From a virus: 64,000 nucleotides of DNA. The notes under the pieces were generated by a model that was not told the origin of the DNA, did not search any database, and worked only from the letters and a program-made list of their open reading frames with translations. Positions 19,599-29,608 of this stretch are shown here, piece after piece. Each line of letters starts with the position of its first letter. Position 1 is the stretch's first letter. The position numbers and the translations under genes are program-made. The DNA lies in IMG/VR virus record IMGVR_UViG_3300014059_000004; one strand, given 5' to 3'.

Positions 19599-20384
19599 CT
19601 AAACTGGCGTAAATTTCGCTCGATTAGAAGACAGCAACCAAGACATGAAATCTATCTCTTGTGCTCGATTTCTCTTTGTGTACGTTCTATCTGAAACAGA
19701 AAAGTACGAGACGTTGGGATCCGGATCTTCTGGTAGCTTGATGCATGCTTGAAGCTCTGAACCCTTGATCTTCTTCTCTCTTCTAAACTGTTCGATTAGA
19801 TCTCTTAGGATGGCAACTTTTTCTTCAGATGTAAACGTCTTGTAATATGCTGACAATCGTTTTTCAGTGACGTTGATCGCCGGGTTTCCTTCGTACACTT
19901 GATTCTCTTCCATCAGCTCGTTAGAGATGACTGCTCCATGTCGTGCAGTTGATCTTGCTTTTGCACGTAGCGGTGCAACGATTGTGCAGTTTCCCATGAA
20001 CCATGCATCTTCATCGATCTGCACATTTTCTGACCAGTTATAACCGCCTCCGTTGAGTTGATCGGGTCCACGAAACGATGAAAAGATCTTGCATCCATGA
20101 CCAATCGTAACGTTGTTAGAGATCTCAACACCACCAGATGCATCGATGTAACAGTTGGCACCTATCTTGACGTTGTGACCCAAGGTCAGGTGTCCATTTT
20201 TGCCCAAGTTAACGGCAGTACCGCTAGCGATCGAGCTGTAATCACCAATCCTCACAGATCCATCACCGTAAATTTTTGCGTCAGACCCAAGTATAGTATG
20301 GTCACCAACAACAACGTCTATGTTGTTTCCCATCAGATTAACATTGCTCACAAACGAGCGATAACCAATTACATAATTCTTCAT
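19599..20384 (-). CDS. Left-handed beta-helix (hexapeptide-repeat) acyl/acetyltransferase
   Basis: Repeats NVKIGANCYIDASGGVEISNNVTIGHGCKIF. Confidence 0.65.
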   Translation of the reverse strand: MKNYVIGYRSFVSNVNLMGNNIDVVVGDHTILGSDAKIYGDGSVRIGDYSSIASGTAVNLGKNGHLTLGHNVKIGANCYIDASGGVEISNNVTIGHGCKIFSSFRGPDQLNGGGYNWSENVQIDEDAWFMGNCTIVAPLRAKARSTARHGAVISNELMEENQVYEGNPAINVTEKRLSAYYKTFTSEEKVAILRDLIEQFRREKKIKGSELQACIKLPEDPDPNVSYFSVSDRTYTKRNRAQEIDFMSWLLSSNRAKFTPV

Positions 20385-21306
20385 TATTGATCAATACGTT
20401 AGCAGTATTATACCACCCAGGATAATTTTTAATGTAACTTACGGACGAATCGATCATTTTTTGTCTATCATTGACGTCCATTTTTTCTATATTGCGTATG
20501 ATATCAACTGCGTGTTCGATCGATTCAAAAAACATCGCAGTTGGCACTTGTTGTTTCGAAAAAAAAGAATTTGAGTCTTCGTCTGATTCTCTAATGCAGA
20601 AACATCCTCGAGAACATGCATCGATTTCTTTCGCCCACAAGCCATGTTTCATGTTACACTTTTCATTATCAACAGTGAATTGCATGTTTGCAGAATGAAC
20701 GAATATTCGAATTTGAGACAATCGTTCAAGAAAATTTTGATAATTGTATTGATTTGGTTCAATGTGAACGTTGACACCGTATGATGAAAGTTTATCAAAA
20801 AAGTCTTTGCGGTGTGGATGAATCGATCCAATAAATCCAACTGAAATTTCACGTTGATCAAAACTGGGCTCATTAGAACAATAGTCAGAACGTGTCCAAA
20901 TTTTTACAAACTTAGCTGGGTAGCCCCTTGAACGCATGAATTCTGCCCACCATCTTACAGTGACAGCATAAAACTCAACGTTCAATATTGAAGAAATTCT
21001 AGAGTATGCTCCCTTATGAGGGCTATCATCTTTAAATGATTCCCAAGGATCTTGATCATAGATTCGTATTGGAAGCTTACCAATTTTATTTCCGATTACG
21101 TGTGCGTACTTATCAATCGTTCTTAGTTTCAAGCAGCTTACAATTACGTCAAATGACTCAATTGTTGAGTATGACAATGACTCAAGGTTTTTTAGTGAAA
21201 CAGTGATCAGATCACATGAATGTTGAAGAGCTTCAAACAACATATGTTGATAGCAATTAGCTGTGACATATGTTAGATCATCGATGATATGCAATACTTT
21301 TTTCAT
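20338..21306 (-). CDS. Hypothetical protein in the glycan cluster (322 aa)
   Basis: ORF in an AT-rich segment. No clear motif. Confidence 0.4.
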   Translation of the reverse strand: MKKVLHIIDDLTYVTANCYQHMLFEALQHSCDLITVSLKNLESLSYSTIESFDVIVSCLKLRTIDKYAHVIGNKIGKLPIRIYDQDPWESFKDDSPHKGAYSRISSILNVEFYAVTVRWWAEFMRSRGYPAKFVKIWTRSDYCSNEPSFDQREISVGFIGSIHPHRKDFFDKLSSYGVNVHIEPNQYNYQNFLERLSQIRIFVHSANMQFTVDNEKCNMKHGLWAKEIDACSRGCFCIRESDEDSNSFFSKQQVPTAMFFESIEHAVDIIRNIEKMDVNDRQKMIDSSVSYIKNYPGWYNTANVLINNEELCNWLSLVCEQC

Positions 21307-22007
21307 GAAAGCTTCTCATATGCATCTACAGCAGCAGCATATGCAACCAAAAAGGTGTTGTCATTGTAGTTAAATGACTTTGAGTCATTGCGAAATGATT
21401 CAGCTGCTTTGAAGCCTTCAATTGCAAGCCCGCGAAGACGATCCTTTTTCACTTGCCATGTCTTTATCACTGATTGAATTACATTCGTTTGATTTTTCAA
21501 AGCTCTGTGAAGACCGTAATGAAATGCTTGAACGTCATTTGCATGATAACAATGAAAACCAGCAGGTATCAATGTACTTGGCAATGCATTTCCACGAATG
21601 ACAATATCATGATTTCCATCAGCACGATCACAATAAAGCTTATCATCCAATCTAGCAAAAGTGACTTTTTTAGAGAAGCAATTCAATCCATAAATTAGTT
21701 CATTAGTGAAATAGTCATGTAGATAGCATTGCACACCAGTCAAACGAGGTTCATCATTGAACAATTTGCATATGTCATGCAAAACATTATTGTGCGCAAG
21801 AACAGTATCAGCATCAATTTTTACGAACAGATCATGATCTTTTTTTGCTGATTCCCAAGAATCCCACAAGCAGTTATGGGCCTCGCGCTCCGGCATGTTG
21901 CATATTGTATGATGTGTCACAGTAACATTTTCTTGATCGTTGATTGCTTTTGTGTGTTCATCATAATCATTTTCTTTGCAATACAAAGTTCCAACAAATA
22001 CTTTCAA
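21303..22007 (-). CDS. Putative GT-A-fold glycosyltransferase (234 aa)
   Basis: FVKIDADTVL resembles a DxD motif. Weak. Confidence 0.3.
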   Translation of the reverse strand: MKVFVGTLYCKENDYDEHTKAINDQENVTVTHHTICNMPEREAHNCLWDSWESAKKDHDLFVKIDADTVLAHNNVLHDICKLFNDEPRLTGVQCYLHDYFTNELIYGLNCFSKKVTFARLDDKLYCDRADGNHDIVIRGNALPSTLIPAGFHCYHANDVQAFHYGLHRALKNQTNVIQSVIKTWQVKKDRLRGLAIEGFKAAESFRNDSKSFNYNDNTFLVAYAAAVDAYEKLS

Positions 22008-22009
22008 AG

Positions 22010-23068
22010 TTATCTCCTTCTGAAGCCTTGTATTGGCAGTGACATCATCTCTTTATCGTACATGAAATTCCACTGTTTTTTTGAACCAACTTTTGCGTAC
22101 GTTGCATCTAGTGGAACAGCGCAATTTTCAATATCATAATACGTATGTTTTCGTACCCAATTTGGGTTAGGCTTTTCAAAATCTACGTAATCAAACGTTT
22201 CAAATTGGCACCATAGGCGCTTTATTTCTTCACAACGCTTAAGATATGCATGGCCTCGAGCGTCATGTATACGATCTGTGTCTATTGCATAGTACAGTTC
22301 GTTTATCGAACCAGGATTTGAAACTTCGTAATTGCTGTAGGAAATAATTGGTGGTCCAAGATTGAACACACCTGGACCAGCCTCATTTACAATGAACGAT
22401 TTGTTGCGGTGCCTGTATATCGATGCTATAGAAGTAAATCCTGTGTAAGAACACCAAAATGAATCAGATTTAATCATGACGTATAGTTTCAGCCATGCTG
22501 GAACGTGAGACATGTTAAGCGTCCCAGGGACATGAAATGACGTTGAAACAGTCAATTTATTTTCATCGATAAAACTTGAATTTTTCAAGTATTGTGCTAG
22601 AGGCTTATCATGTCGACCGTCAACGATTGGATCGATGTCATTTAGATGCACGACGTCGTATCTTTCCGGAAGCTTCAAGTCGTTATATTCTTGCTCTAGT
22701 CTATCAGATGGAACGAACGTTGGATAGAAAATTTCAGTAACCATCTTGTACACAATACCGTGGGCATCGAAATACAACAACTTTTCGCCATCCAGATCTG
22801 GATAGAGTGTTCTCTTGAAAGAGTGTCTATGATGTGTAGCTAGAACATAGTCGTATTGTTGTTGAGCTAGCTTAAGCGGTTTTCGAACAATACGATTTGC
22901 CCAGGGAAACTTAATCCATTCTCTTGTTTGTGATTGAACGTGCAAATCATCAAATTCAATTTGTATTTCTTCATTATTTTTCTTCAACAATTCAGCAATC
23001 CACAGAGTGACAATCCAATCACCCCAATGTTTAACAACAGAAGGTGCGTATACGCTGATCATGATCAC
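22010..23068 (-). CDS. Hypothetical protein (352 aa), possibly glycosyltransferase-like
   Basis: ORF; N-terminus WGDWIVTLWIAELL is vaguely GT9-like. Weak. Confidence 0.35.
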   Translation of the reverse strand: MIMISVYAPSVVKHWGDWIVTLWIAELLKKNNEEIQIEFDDLHVQSQTREWIKFPWANRIVRKPLKLAQQQYDYVLATHHRHSFKRTLYPDLDGEKLLYFDAHGIVYKMVTEIFYPTFVPSDRLEQEYNDLKLPERYDVVHLNDIDPIVDGRHDKPLAQYLKNSSFIDENKLTVSTSFHVPGTLNMSHVPAWLKLYVMIKSDSFWCSYTGFTSIASIYRHRNKSFIVNEAGPGVFNLGPPIISYSNYEVSNPGSINELYYAIDTDRIHDARGHAYLKRCEEIKRLWCQFETFDYVDFEKPNPNWVRKHTYYDIENCAVPLDATYAKVGSKKQWNFMYDKEMMSLPIQGFRRR

Positions 23069-23493
23069 CTAAATTCATTGACATAATCAGAACAAATTCC
23101 AGAACATTGTTGGGTTATAACATCGTTCGTTTTCATGACTATGATCATTGGTCCAGTCATAGTTGATTTTTCTGGGAATGTCCAAATATAACGTCTGCTT
23201 GTCAACGTGTAATCATCATTTTGATGCCAAAAACAGTGCGCGCCCAATTTCAGAAGATCACAAAGCGCGAGTAGATTTTTTGCATGACACCATGCTTTAC
23301 GTTCTTTAAGCAAAGAAACGCTATGTAGTTTGTATTGCGGCATATCATGCCCCAACCACCAATCATCATTGATTTTCCAAACGTCTATTTCAACATCGAA
23401 TCCTTTAGCTAGTGCTGCATACACGTAATCAGGCTTATTTTCTTCCGATACATTTTCACCATTGGTATTTCCACGATGAGCAATTAGAATCAA
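23065..23493 (-). CDS. Glycerophosphodiester phosphodiesterase (GDPD)-family protein, short form
   Basis: LIAHRGN...FDVEIDVW...WLGHD matches the GDPD motifs HRG/E-x-D/HD. Only 142 aa. Confidence 0.5.
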   Translation of the reverse strand: MILIAHRGNTNGENVSEENKPDYVYAALAKGFDVEIDVWKINDDWWLGHDMPQYKLHSVSLLKERKAWCHAKNLLALCDLLKLGAHCFWHQNDDYTLTSRRYIWTFPEKSTMTGPMIIVMKTNDVITQQCSGICSDYVNEFR

Positions 23494-24875
23494 TTACGTG
23501 TCCTTTTCATGATGAAATTTTGTAGATCTTCGGGCGTACCAAGTCCCTCCATCTTTTTTACCTGATACGCAATAATTTTCTTTCCATCTGCAATTGCTTC
23601 GTTAAAAACTGGACTTACGTAGTACTCATTGTTGACGCGTTTATTTTTTGATATCATCTGATTTGCGTACTTTACAAAATCAGAACCTGAGCGCCAATAG
23701 TATACGCCAACAGTTGCATCATCACTGATCGGTTGCTTTTCAGCAACTTCAGAGACATACCCGTCTGATTCAATTTTGACAAAACTCCATTTTGTTTCAT
23801 GAGCCTTGAATGTCAAGATGCCAGCGTCTGCATTCATGTTGTTGACTTTTTGAATAAATGAAACATAGTTCCATTCAATGTACTGATCTGAATTAACGAT
23901 CAGCAAAGGTTGATCGTTATCGATGTATTTTTCAGCTAGCAGTACTGTTCTTGCTGCACCGTCTGTAATTTGATCGATCATGATCATCTTATGATCAAGA
24001 TTAAGAGATCCTAGTACGTGTTCAACGTCTTCATTGCTAGATTCTTGATCTTTTTGTTTTCTAGCAATGAAGATGTAATTTGCTTTGATACCAATCGAAT
24101 CTGTGACGACTTGTATCATTGGTCGACCAAGAACATCGATCATGGGCTTTTGCTTTTTATAGCCGGCATCTTTAAATCTAGATCCCATCCCAGCCATAGG
24201 AATAACAATGTTCATGTTCAAAATGTTGATCAGCGACTTGTGTTGCGATGATTCATATTTCTTGATTGCTTTAAGCAAGCATTCATGACTTGAAATCAAA
24301 TCGCTAGCAGAACTAACATGGAAAACGTTAGCGCTAGATGCCAACGCTGATGCGATGCCAACTTCACTATCTTCAACAATCAACGTTTCATGACACGATG
24401 TTGACATCAATGCCATTGCACTAAGATAACATTGCGGATCTGGTTTTGGTTTCTTTACATGCTCGTTTGACAGACAAACATCAACAAACTCAAGAAGAGA
24501 TGTTTGAGTCAATATCCCAGAAACAGTTTCTGAGATTGCATTGCTAACAACGCCAATCTTAATTCCTTCGTTTTTGATGTTCGAAAATAGCGTTGTTAGT
24601 TCTGGCACCGGTTTGACGTTTTTCGAAATCCAGTCAGAAGTTTTACTTTGCTTTGATGAAAATATCAGATCACATAGACTTGAATCGAGACCATCATTTA
24701 CAAGTATCTCAAGTTTTTTTTTCGTAGGCAAGCCATTAAAACGTTGATGGTGATCATCGAGCGTAATCTGGAATTTTGGTGCATATTCTAGCAATGCGGC
24801 GTTCAATGTTTCGAAATGCATCTCGCGTGAATCAAACAAAACTCCGTCGAGGTCAAATAGAACTAGTTTAATCAT
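23490..24875 (-). CDS. Bifunctional HAD-family phosphatase / sugar-phosphate nucleotidyltransferase
   Basis: N-terminal LVLFDLDGVLFDS (HAD DxDG). C-terminal NIVIPMAGMGSRF (NTP-transferase G-x-G-S-R motif). Confidence 0.6.
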   Translation of the reverse strand: MIKLVLFDLDGVLFDSREMHFETLNAALLEYAPKFQITLDDHHQRFNGLPTKKKLEILVNDGLDSSLCDLIFSSKQSKTSDWISKNVKPVPELTTLFSNIKNEGIKIGVVSNAISETVSGILTQTSLLEFVDVCLSNEHVKKPKPDPQCYLSAMALMSTSCHETLIVEDSEVGIASALASSANVFHVSSASDLISSHECLLKAIKKYESSQHKSLINILNMNIVIPMAGMGSRFKDAGYKKQKPMIDVLGRPMIQVVTDSIGIKANYIFIARKQKDQESSNEDVEHVLGSLNLDHKMIMIDQITDGAARTVLLAEKYIDNDQPLLIVNSDQYIEWNYVSFIQKVNNMNADAGILTFKAHETKWSFVKIESDGYVSEVAEKQPISDDATVGVYYWRSGSDFVKYANQMISKNKRVNNEYYVSPVFNEAIADGKKIIAYQVKKMEGLGTPEDLQNFIMKRTRN

Positions 24876-25404
24876 GATTGAATTCGCACCTCAAGATTGA
24901 CATCATTACGTAATCAACATAATGACCATCTCTGTAAATTGCTTGACGTTGACGACCTTCTTCTACGAATCCTAGCTTTTTATACAATGAACTTGCATTC
25001 GAATTAGTTTCTAGAACGTAGAGATACACTCTGTTCATATTTTCATTATGAAAAAAATGATGCAGAAAATGCGTATACGTCTCAAATGCATACCCATTTT
25101 TTCTCTTGTTAGGAATTACGTCCATTCCTACCATAACACTTTTATTGTGATGATCGATTGAATCAACGCGAAATACACCAACAAAAGAACTACTATCTTC
25201 AAATCCGTCTTTTTCGTAAACAACATATCGTTGCGATGTTGAACTGTTACACAGTCTTTCAAACCACTTTTTTTGTTGTTCTTCGTTGATTATTGTCGGA
25301 TCAGACAGATGACTGATGACGCTCGGATCGTTGTGCAATATTCTAGCCAGTTCAACATCGCAACGTTCCATGATTCGAATATCAAGTCTTTTTGTTCTGA
25401 ACAT
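24868..25404 (-). CDS. GNAT-family N-acetyltransferase
   Basis: 178 aa, GNAT-like core (VYLYVLETNSNASSLYKKLGFVEEG). Adjacent to the aminotransferase gene. Confidence 0.55.
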   Translation of the reverse strand: MFRTKRLDIRIMERCDVELARILHNDPSVISHLSDPTIINEEQQKKWFERLCNSSTSQRYVVYEKDGFEDSSSFVGVFRVDSIDHHNKSVMVGMDVIPNKRKNGYAFETYTHFLHHFFHNENMNRVYLYVLETNSNASSLYKKLGFVEEGRQRQAIYRDGHYVDYVMMSILRCEFNHD

Positions 25405-26501
25405 GTTAACCGATATGATTCAATTGCATTGATAACTTTTCCAATGTCTTCTGTCGACAACCACCAACCACATGGAACGTTGATCATCTTTGAACTAAAT
25501 TCATCAAGACCAGGTAGTTCAGCATTTTTGAACTCACTAAAAACAGTGTACTTGTCATTTCGAAAATGAACGATATCAGATGCAATTCCGTTATTTGCAA
25601 GATGCTTCTTAAATGAATCACGATCATCAACTAGCACGGTATAGATCCAATACGCAGACTCTGCGTAACTTACTTGACGCATAGGCACTACTCGTGGATT
25701 GTTAATTGACGCATCATAAATTTTACCGCATCGACGATGTCCATCAATGATCTTGTCTATGTAAGGCAGTTGTGCAAGACCGATCGCAGCATTCACATTA
25801 TTCATGTGAAACTTGTAACCAGAATGTGTAATGTCTTGTGACCACTTTTCACCGATGAATTTTCTATCTAGACCAAACCATCGTAGTTTTTTAATCAGCG
25901 CATCAGATGATTGCAATTTTGAAGTAATTGCTCCGCCGTCAACAGTCGTAAGATGTTTGATGGCTTGAAATGAAAAACAAACATAATCACACTCTGCACC
26001 AATTGGCTTTCCTTTGTACGAAGCACCCATAGCATGTGCAGCATCTGCGATAACAACTACGTCAGTTCTGTTCTTTTTTTTCAAGACATCATAGATGCCA
26101 TCTACGTCAAATGGTGTTCCGGCCCAATGAACGCCAACAATTGCACAAGTTTCAGGCGTTAGTACTTTACTGACGTAATTCGGATCAATATTTCCCGTCG
26201 TTGGATCTATGTCAGACCAAATAATCTTTGCGCCCATCGTATGGATGGGTTCATTTGTTGCCATGCACGTCATGGGTGATGAAATAACGTGCTTACCATT
26301 AGAAACACCAGCCATTCTATACGCTAGTGTCAATGCTGATGTGCCACTGTTAACCAAACTAGTATGTGCTGTGAATCGCTTGCTTAGTTGATGTTCGAAT
26401 TCATCAGCGTACTTACCTTCAGTTATAACTCCAGAATCAAAAACTTCTTGAACAATTGCACCAATATTTGGTGGAACATGCACTTTGAATAGTGGTATCA
26501 T
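25290..26501 (-). CDS. DegT/DnrJ/EryC1/StrS-family PLP-dependent sugar aminotransferase
   Basis: DAAHAMGASYKGKPIG and SFQAIKHLTTVDGGAI (PLP lysine). The 3' end overlaps the GNAT gene by ~115 nt. Confidence 0.75.
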   Translation of the reverse strand: MIPLFKVHVPPNIGAIVQEVFDSGVITEGKYADEFEHQLSKRFTAHTSLVNSGTSALTLAYRMAGVSNGKHVISSPMTCMATNEPIHTMGAKIIWSDIDPTTGNIDPNYVSKVLTPETCAIVGVHWAGTPFDVDGIYDVLKKKNRTDVVVIADAAHAMGASYKGKPIGAECDYVCFSFQAIKHLTTVDGGAITSKLQSSDALIKKLRWFGLDRKFIGEKWSQDITHSGYKFHMNNVNAAIGLAQLPYIDKIIDGHRRCGKIYDASINNPRVVPMRQVSYAESAYWIYTVLVDDRDSFKKHLANNGIASDIVHFRNDKYTVFSEFKNAELPGLDEFSSKMINVPCGWWLSTEDIGKVINAIESYRLTCSEQKDLIFESWNVAMLNWLEYCTTIRASSVICLIRQ

Positions 26502-27466
26502 TTGCAGCTCAATTTTTCTTCATAGTATGCAATTAGTTTGGGTAGTTCATCTGCTAGATGTCGTTGTTGTTTCCACCCTAGTTTAAGCAATTTATCACAG
26601 TTCAAAGCATATCGTTCATCACAACCACTACGATCAGTTGAGGTATCAACACTATCTTCGTATGATTTGTTCAACAAATTAGCGATCATTGTAACAATTT
26701 GTTTTACACTAAATTCTTCATCTGAAGAAACGTGATAAGAAGAGTTAAGATCTCCTTTGTCTATAATGGTGATCAATGCATCAACATTGTCTTCTACGTG
26801 AAGCCAATTCCGAATGTAACGTCCGTCACCATGAACAATAACTTTTTTGTTAGTTAGCATGCTTGTTATTGAAGCAGGAATCAATTTTTCAGCGTGCTGC
26901 CTAGCGCCGTAATTGTTAGTAGTTCTTGTGATCAGATACGGTAGTTCGTACGTCCTGCCCCAAGCATAAACTAGCTGCTCAGCACATGACTTAGTTGCAG
27001 AATAAGGATTGCTTGGATGATGTCTATCGTCTTCTTTGAAAGAACCTTCGATAATATCGCCAAACACTTCGTCAGTACTAATTTGAACAAATGTTGGTGG
27101 ACGATACCCCCAACTACTCATCATGTTCTGAATTTTTCGTTGCTTAATCAACTCCAAAAGATTGTGAACGCCAAGAACATTTGAATTGAGAAAGTTTGAG
27201 GCATTGTTGATCGAATTATCAACGTGTGATTCAGCTGCAAAATTAATGATCATGTCACAAAATGGAAGATCTGTTATTTTTGCAATGTCTTGCTTGAAAT
27301 AATGATAATCACCAGTGAATGTAAGATAAGTGTTTGCAGCATATGTTTCACTATCAATATTGATAACTTTATGACCCATTGTCAAAATTTGTTCAACAAA
27401 ATGAGAACCTATAAAACCTAGGCCTCCTGTGACTATAATCGTCTTGCGACCTGAGAGACGATTCAT
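26498..27466 (-). CDS. rmlB: dTDP-glucose 4,6-dehydratase (RmlB-like SDR)
   Basis: TGGLGFIGSHFV; YSATKSCAEQL (YxxxK); NYGARQHAEKLIPASI...HGDGRYIRNWLHVED matches the RmlB signature region. Confidence 0.75.
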   Translation of the reverse strand: MNRLSGRKTIIVTGGLGFIGSHFVEQILTMGHKVINIDSETYAANTYLTFTGDYHYFKQDIAKITDLPFCDMIINFAAESHVDNSINNASNFLNSNVLGVHNLLELIKQRKIQNMMSSWGYRPPTFVQISTDEVFGDIIEGSFKEDDRHHPSNPYSATKSCAEQLVYAWGRTYELPYLITRTTNNYGARQHAEKLIPASITSMLTNKKVIVHGDGRYIRNWLHVEDNVDALITIIDKGDLNSSYHVSSDEEFSVKQIVTMIANLLNKSYEDSVDTSTDRSGCDERYALNCDKLLKLGWKQQRHLADELPKLIAYYEEKLSCK

Positions 27467-27900
27467 TACTTTGACTCACTTTCAAAGTATGAAGTCCAGT
27501 CATTGAATTTGTACGTATCTTGATCATCTGGGTGCCATGATGGAGTTGGCAAGTTCAGAACGATCGCTGCGTTTGCTGAGTTATTTGCTAGCAGAATTGG
27601 AATTCCTGGCGGAATTTTCATGATCCAGTGTTGATTGTTACCTTCGTCAGACAGCTGCTGAACTTTAAGTTCTTTGTCAAAGTATTCAAGATGCACGTGA
27701 CCAGACACAGCAGTTATGTAAGCTGTTCTTTTTCTATGCAAAATGACACCTTTTTTCGTGTTTGCACGCATAGTTGTGATATATGCCATTTTAGGCACAT
27801 GTCCATCATGCCATTCATCCCAATCTCTATACACTGGGAATAGTTCACCATCAGGTGTTTTTATGACCTCGAGCTGCTTGATTGATACTTTTGTGCTCAT
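27466..27900 (-). CDS. Cupin-type dTDP-keto-sugar isomerase/epimerase (FdtA/WxcM- or RmlC-like)
   Basis: 144-aa cupin-sized protein with a G-x-H-x-H-like core (KGVILHRKRTAYITAVSGHVHLEY). Translationally coupled to rmlB. Confidence 0.4.
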   Translation of the reverse strand: MSTKVSIKQLEVIKTPDGELFPVYRDWDEWHDGHVPKMAYITTMRANTKKGVILHRKRTAYITAVSGHVHLEYFDKELKVQQLSDEGNNQHWIMKIPPGIPILLANNSANAAIVLNLPTPSWHPDDQDTYKFNDWTSYFESESK

Positions 27901-28703
27901 TTTATTCGCTCTACAGAATATGAACCATCTAGATCAATCTTATCATGTTGTGTTGATCTGTAACCATGAACGTGTGTATTCGGCCGAGAGCCTGCAACGA
28001 TGTTCATATTTGCAAATGACAACTTAGAATGAAAAAGGCCGCCATTATAAAGACCCGTAAATGCAAACTGCTTGTCGATTATGCTTTGAAAATCAGCTTC
28101 TGAAATTTGTGACATCTTTGCCATTTCGTCTAGCGCTGATTTAAATGAAGAAAGTCTATTTAGACCGCAAACCACAGGCGTAAAATTTGTTTTGAATATG
28201 TTGCCAGTAGCATGCTCAAAGAAAACCGGTTCAGAATTTCTGAACCGGTTTGTTTGCCTTTGCCAAGCGTAAATTCTTGAATTGGGTTTTGGTTTGTCTT
28301 TGTTGTAAAGATCTGCTTCTTCAACAAAGAATTCTTGTGTTCGAATCATACCAACATCATGATTGGTATCAAGAAAATCTTCACACTCTTGAAGACGTTC
28401 TATTTTATCATGCATGCAATCAGACTCGATCGAATACACATATTTGTATGATGTTGCCATTGGCATATGAGCAACGTATCTCAGGGCGGTCCAATAACCA
28501 ATGTTTCGATCACTACGAAGCACACAGTTAAATTTTGACAATAGATCAGTAATATCAACTGTCGAACAATTGTCAAAAACTACCAAATTTTTTGATATCT
28601 GATCAAAATTTGATTGTGAAACTAGGTTTTCAACAACATTTTCAAAGATGTCTTTTCTACCTTGTTCAAGGCAACATGCAATCATCACGTACAAAGTTTT
28701 CAT
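27897..28703 (-). CDS. Putative GT-A-fold glycosyltransferase
   Basis: N-terminal LVVFDNCSTVD (DxD-like). Confidence 0.35.
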   Translation of the reverse strand: MKTLYVMIACCLEQGRKDIFENVVENLVSQSNFDQISKNLVVFDNCSTVDITDLLSKFNCVLRSDRNIGYWTALRYVAHMPMATSYKYVYSIESDCMHDKIERLQECEDFLDTNHDVGMIRTQEFFVEEADLYNKDKPKPNSRIYAWQRQTNRFRNSEPVFFEHATGNIFKTNFTPVVCGLNRLSSFKSALDEMAKMSQISEADFQSIIDKQFAFTGLYNGGLFHSKLSFANMNIVAGSRPNTHVHGYRSTQHDKIDLDGSYSVERIK

Positions 28704-29608
28704 AGTGATACAAGCAACTTTCTGTAAAATTCGTAACCCATGGGTAGCTTCAGATTATGAACGTTAGGAATCGCAGGTGTAGCTATTGAAACATCATCAC
28801 TGATGGCAGATGCCGGCAACACTGCTGATGCCATACCCACTCGTCGTGATACAACTGGCATTCCCAACAATCCACATTCAATCAACGATTGTGGACCACC
28901 TTCACATCGAGACGTAACAGGGTATAGATCAAGCGTTTGGTACAATTCATTGATGATATCGTGAGCTGGTTTTTCGAAGTAAGTGAACGGTACGCCCGCA
29001 GCTGTCAAACGATTGATGACGTACTGACGTCTCCAACCTCCTAGCACAACATGTGGCTCATGAGGTCCATTGTGTTGCTTCCACTCAACGTGCTTCTTGA
29101 TTGCAAAATCAGCTAGCAGATCCGGACCTTTTTCTAGCTTTGGTGACTTCAAGTCATGACCTTCAGTATCACGTTGAAATGATCCGATCAAGAACGAATC
29201 AAGCGGAAGGTTGTGCTTTGCTCTAAGATCTTGCTTCGATTGACTGTCAATCTTAAAGATGCGCTGGTTAGCCCAGTATGGAATCACATGAACTGGTTTC
29301 TTTGTGTGAAACGAAACTTGTCTAGCAGTTATCTCGTTTGGAACATGGTACGCATCTGTGAACGAGTCTTTCATGTTGAACTCGTTGATGTTGAACTTTT
29401 CTGGTACGATGTGATGAACTGTCGTCAGCACTTTCTTCTTCTGAAGCAATGCTAGCGGCACTTGGTTGAAGCACCAATCTGCCATCAACCAGATGACGTC
29501 TGCTTCTTGGATGTTCTTTGTTGAGATGTCAGAATTGTCTACGTACCACTCTTTGACGAATCTGTCAACAATCCAGTCTTCGTTTGGTGCTAGAACGAAC
29601 GCTTTCAT
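28700..29608 (-). CDS. Putative GT-B-fold glycosyltransferase
   Basis: C-terminal SRCEGGPQSLIECGLLGMPVV (E-x7-E-like). Confidence 0.45.
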   Translation of the reverse strand: MKAFVLAPNEDWIVDRFVKEWYVDNSDISTKNIQEADVIWLMADWCFNQVPLALLQKKKVLTTVHHIVPEKFNINEFNMKDSFTDAYHVPNEITARQVSFHTKKPVHVIPYWANQRIFKIDSQSKQDLRAKHNLPLDSFLIGSFQRDTEGHDLKSPKLEKGPDLLADFAIKKHVEWKQHNGPHEPHVVLGGWRRQYVINRLTAAGVPFTYFEKPAHDIINELYQTLDLYPVTSRCEGGPQSLIECGLLGMPVVSRRVGMASAVLPASAISDDVSIATPAIPNVHNLKLPMGYEFYRKLLVSL

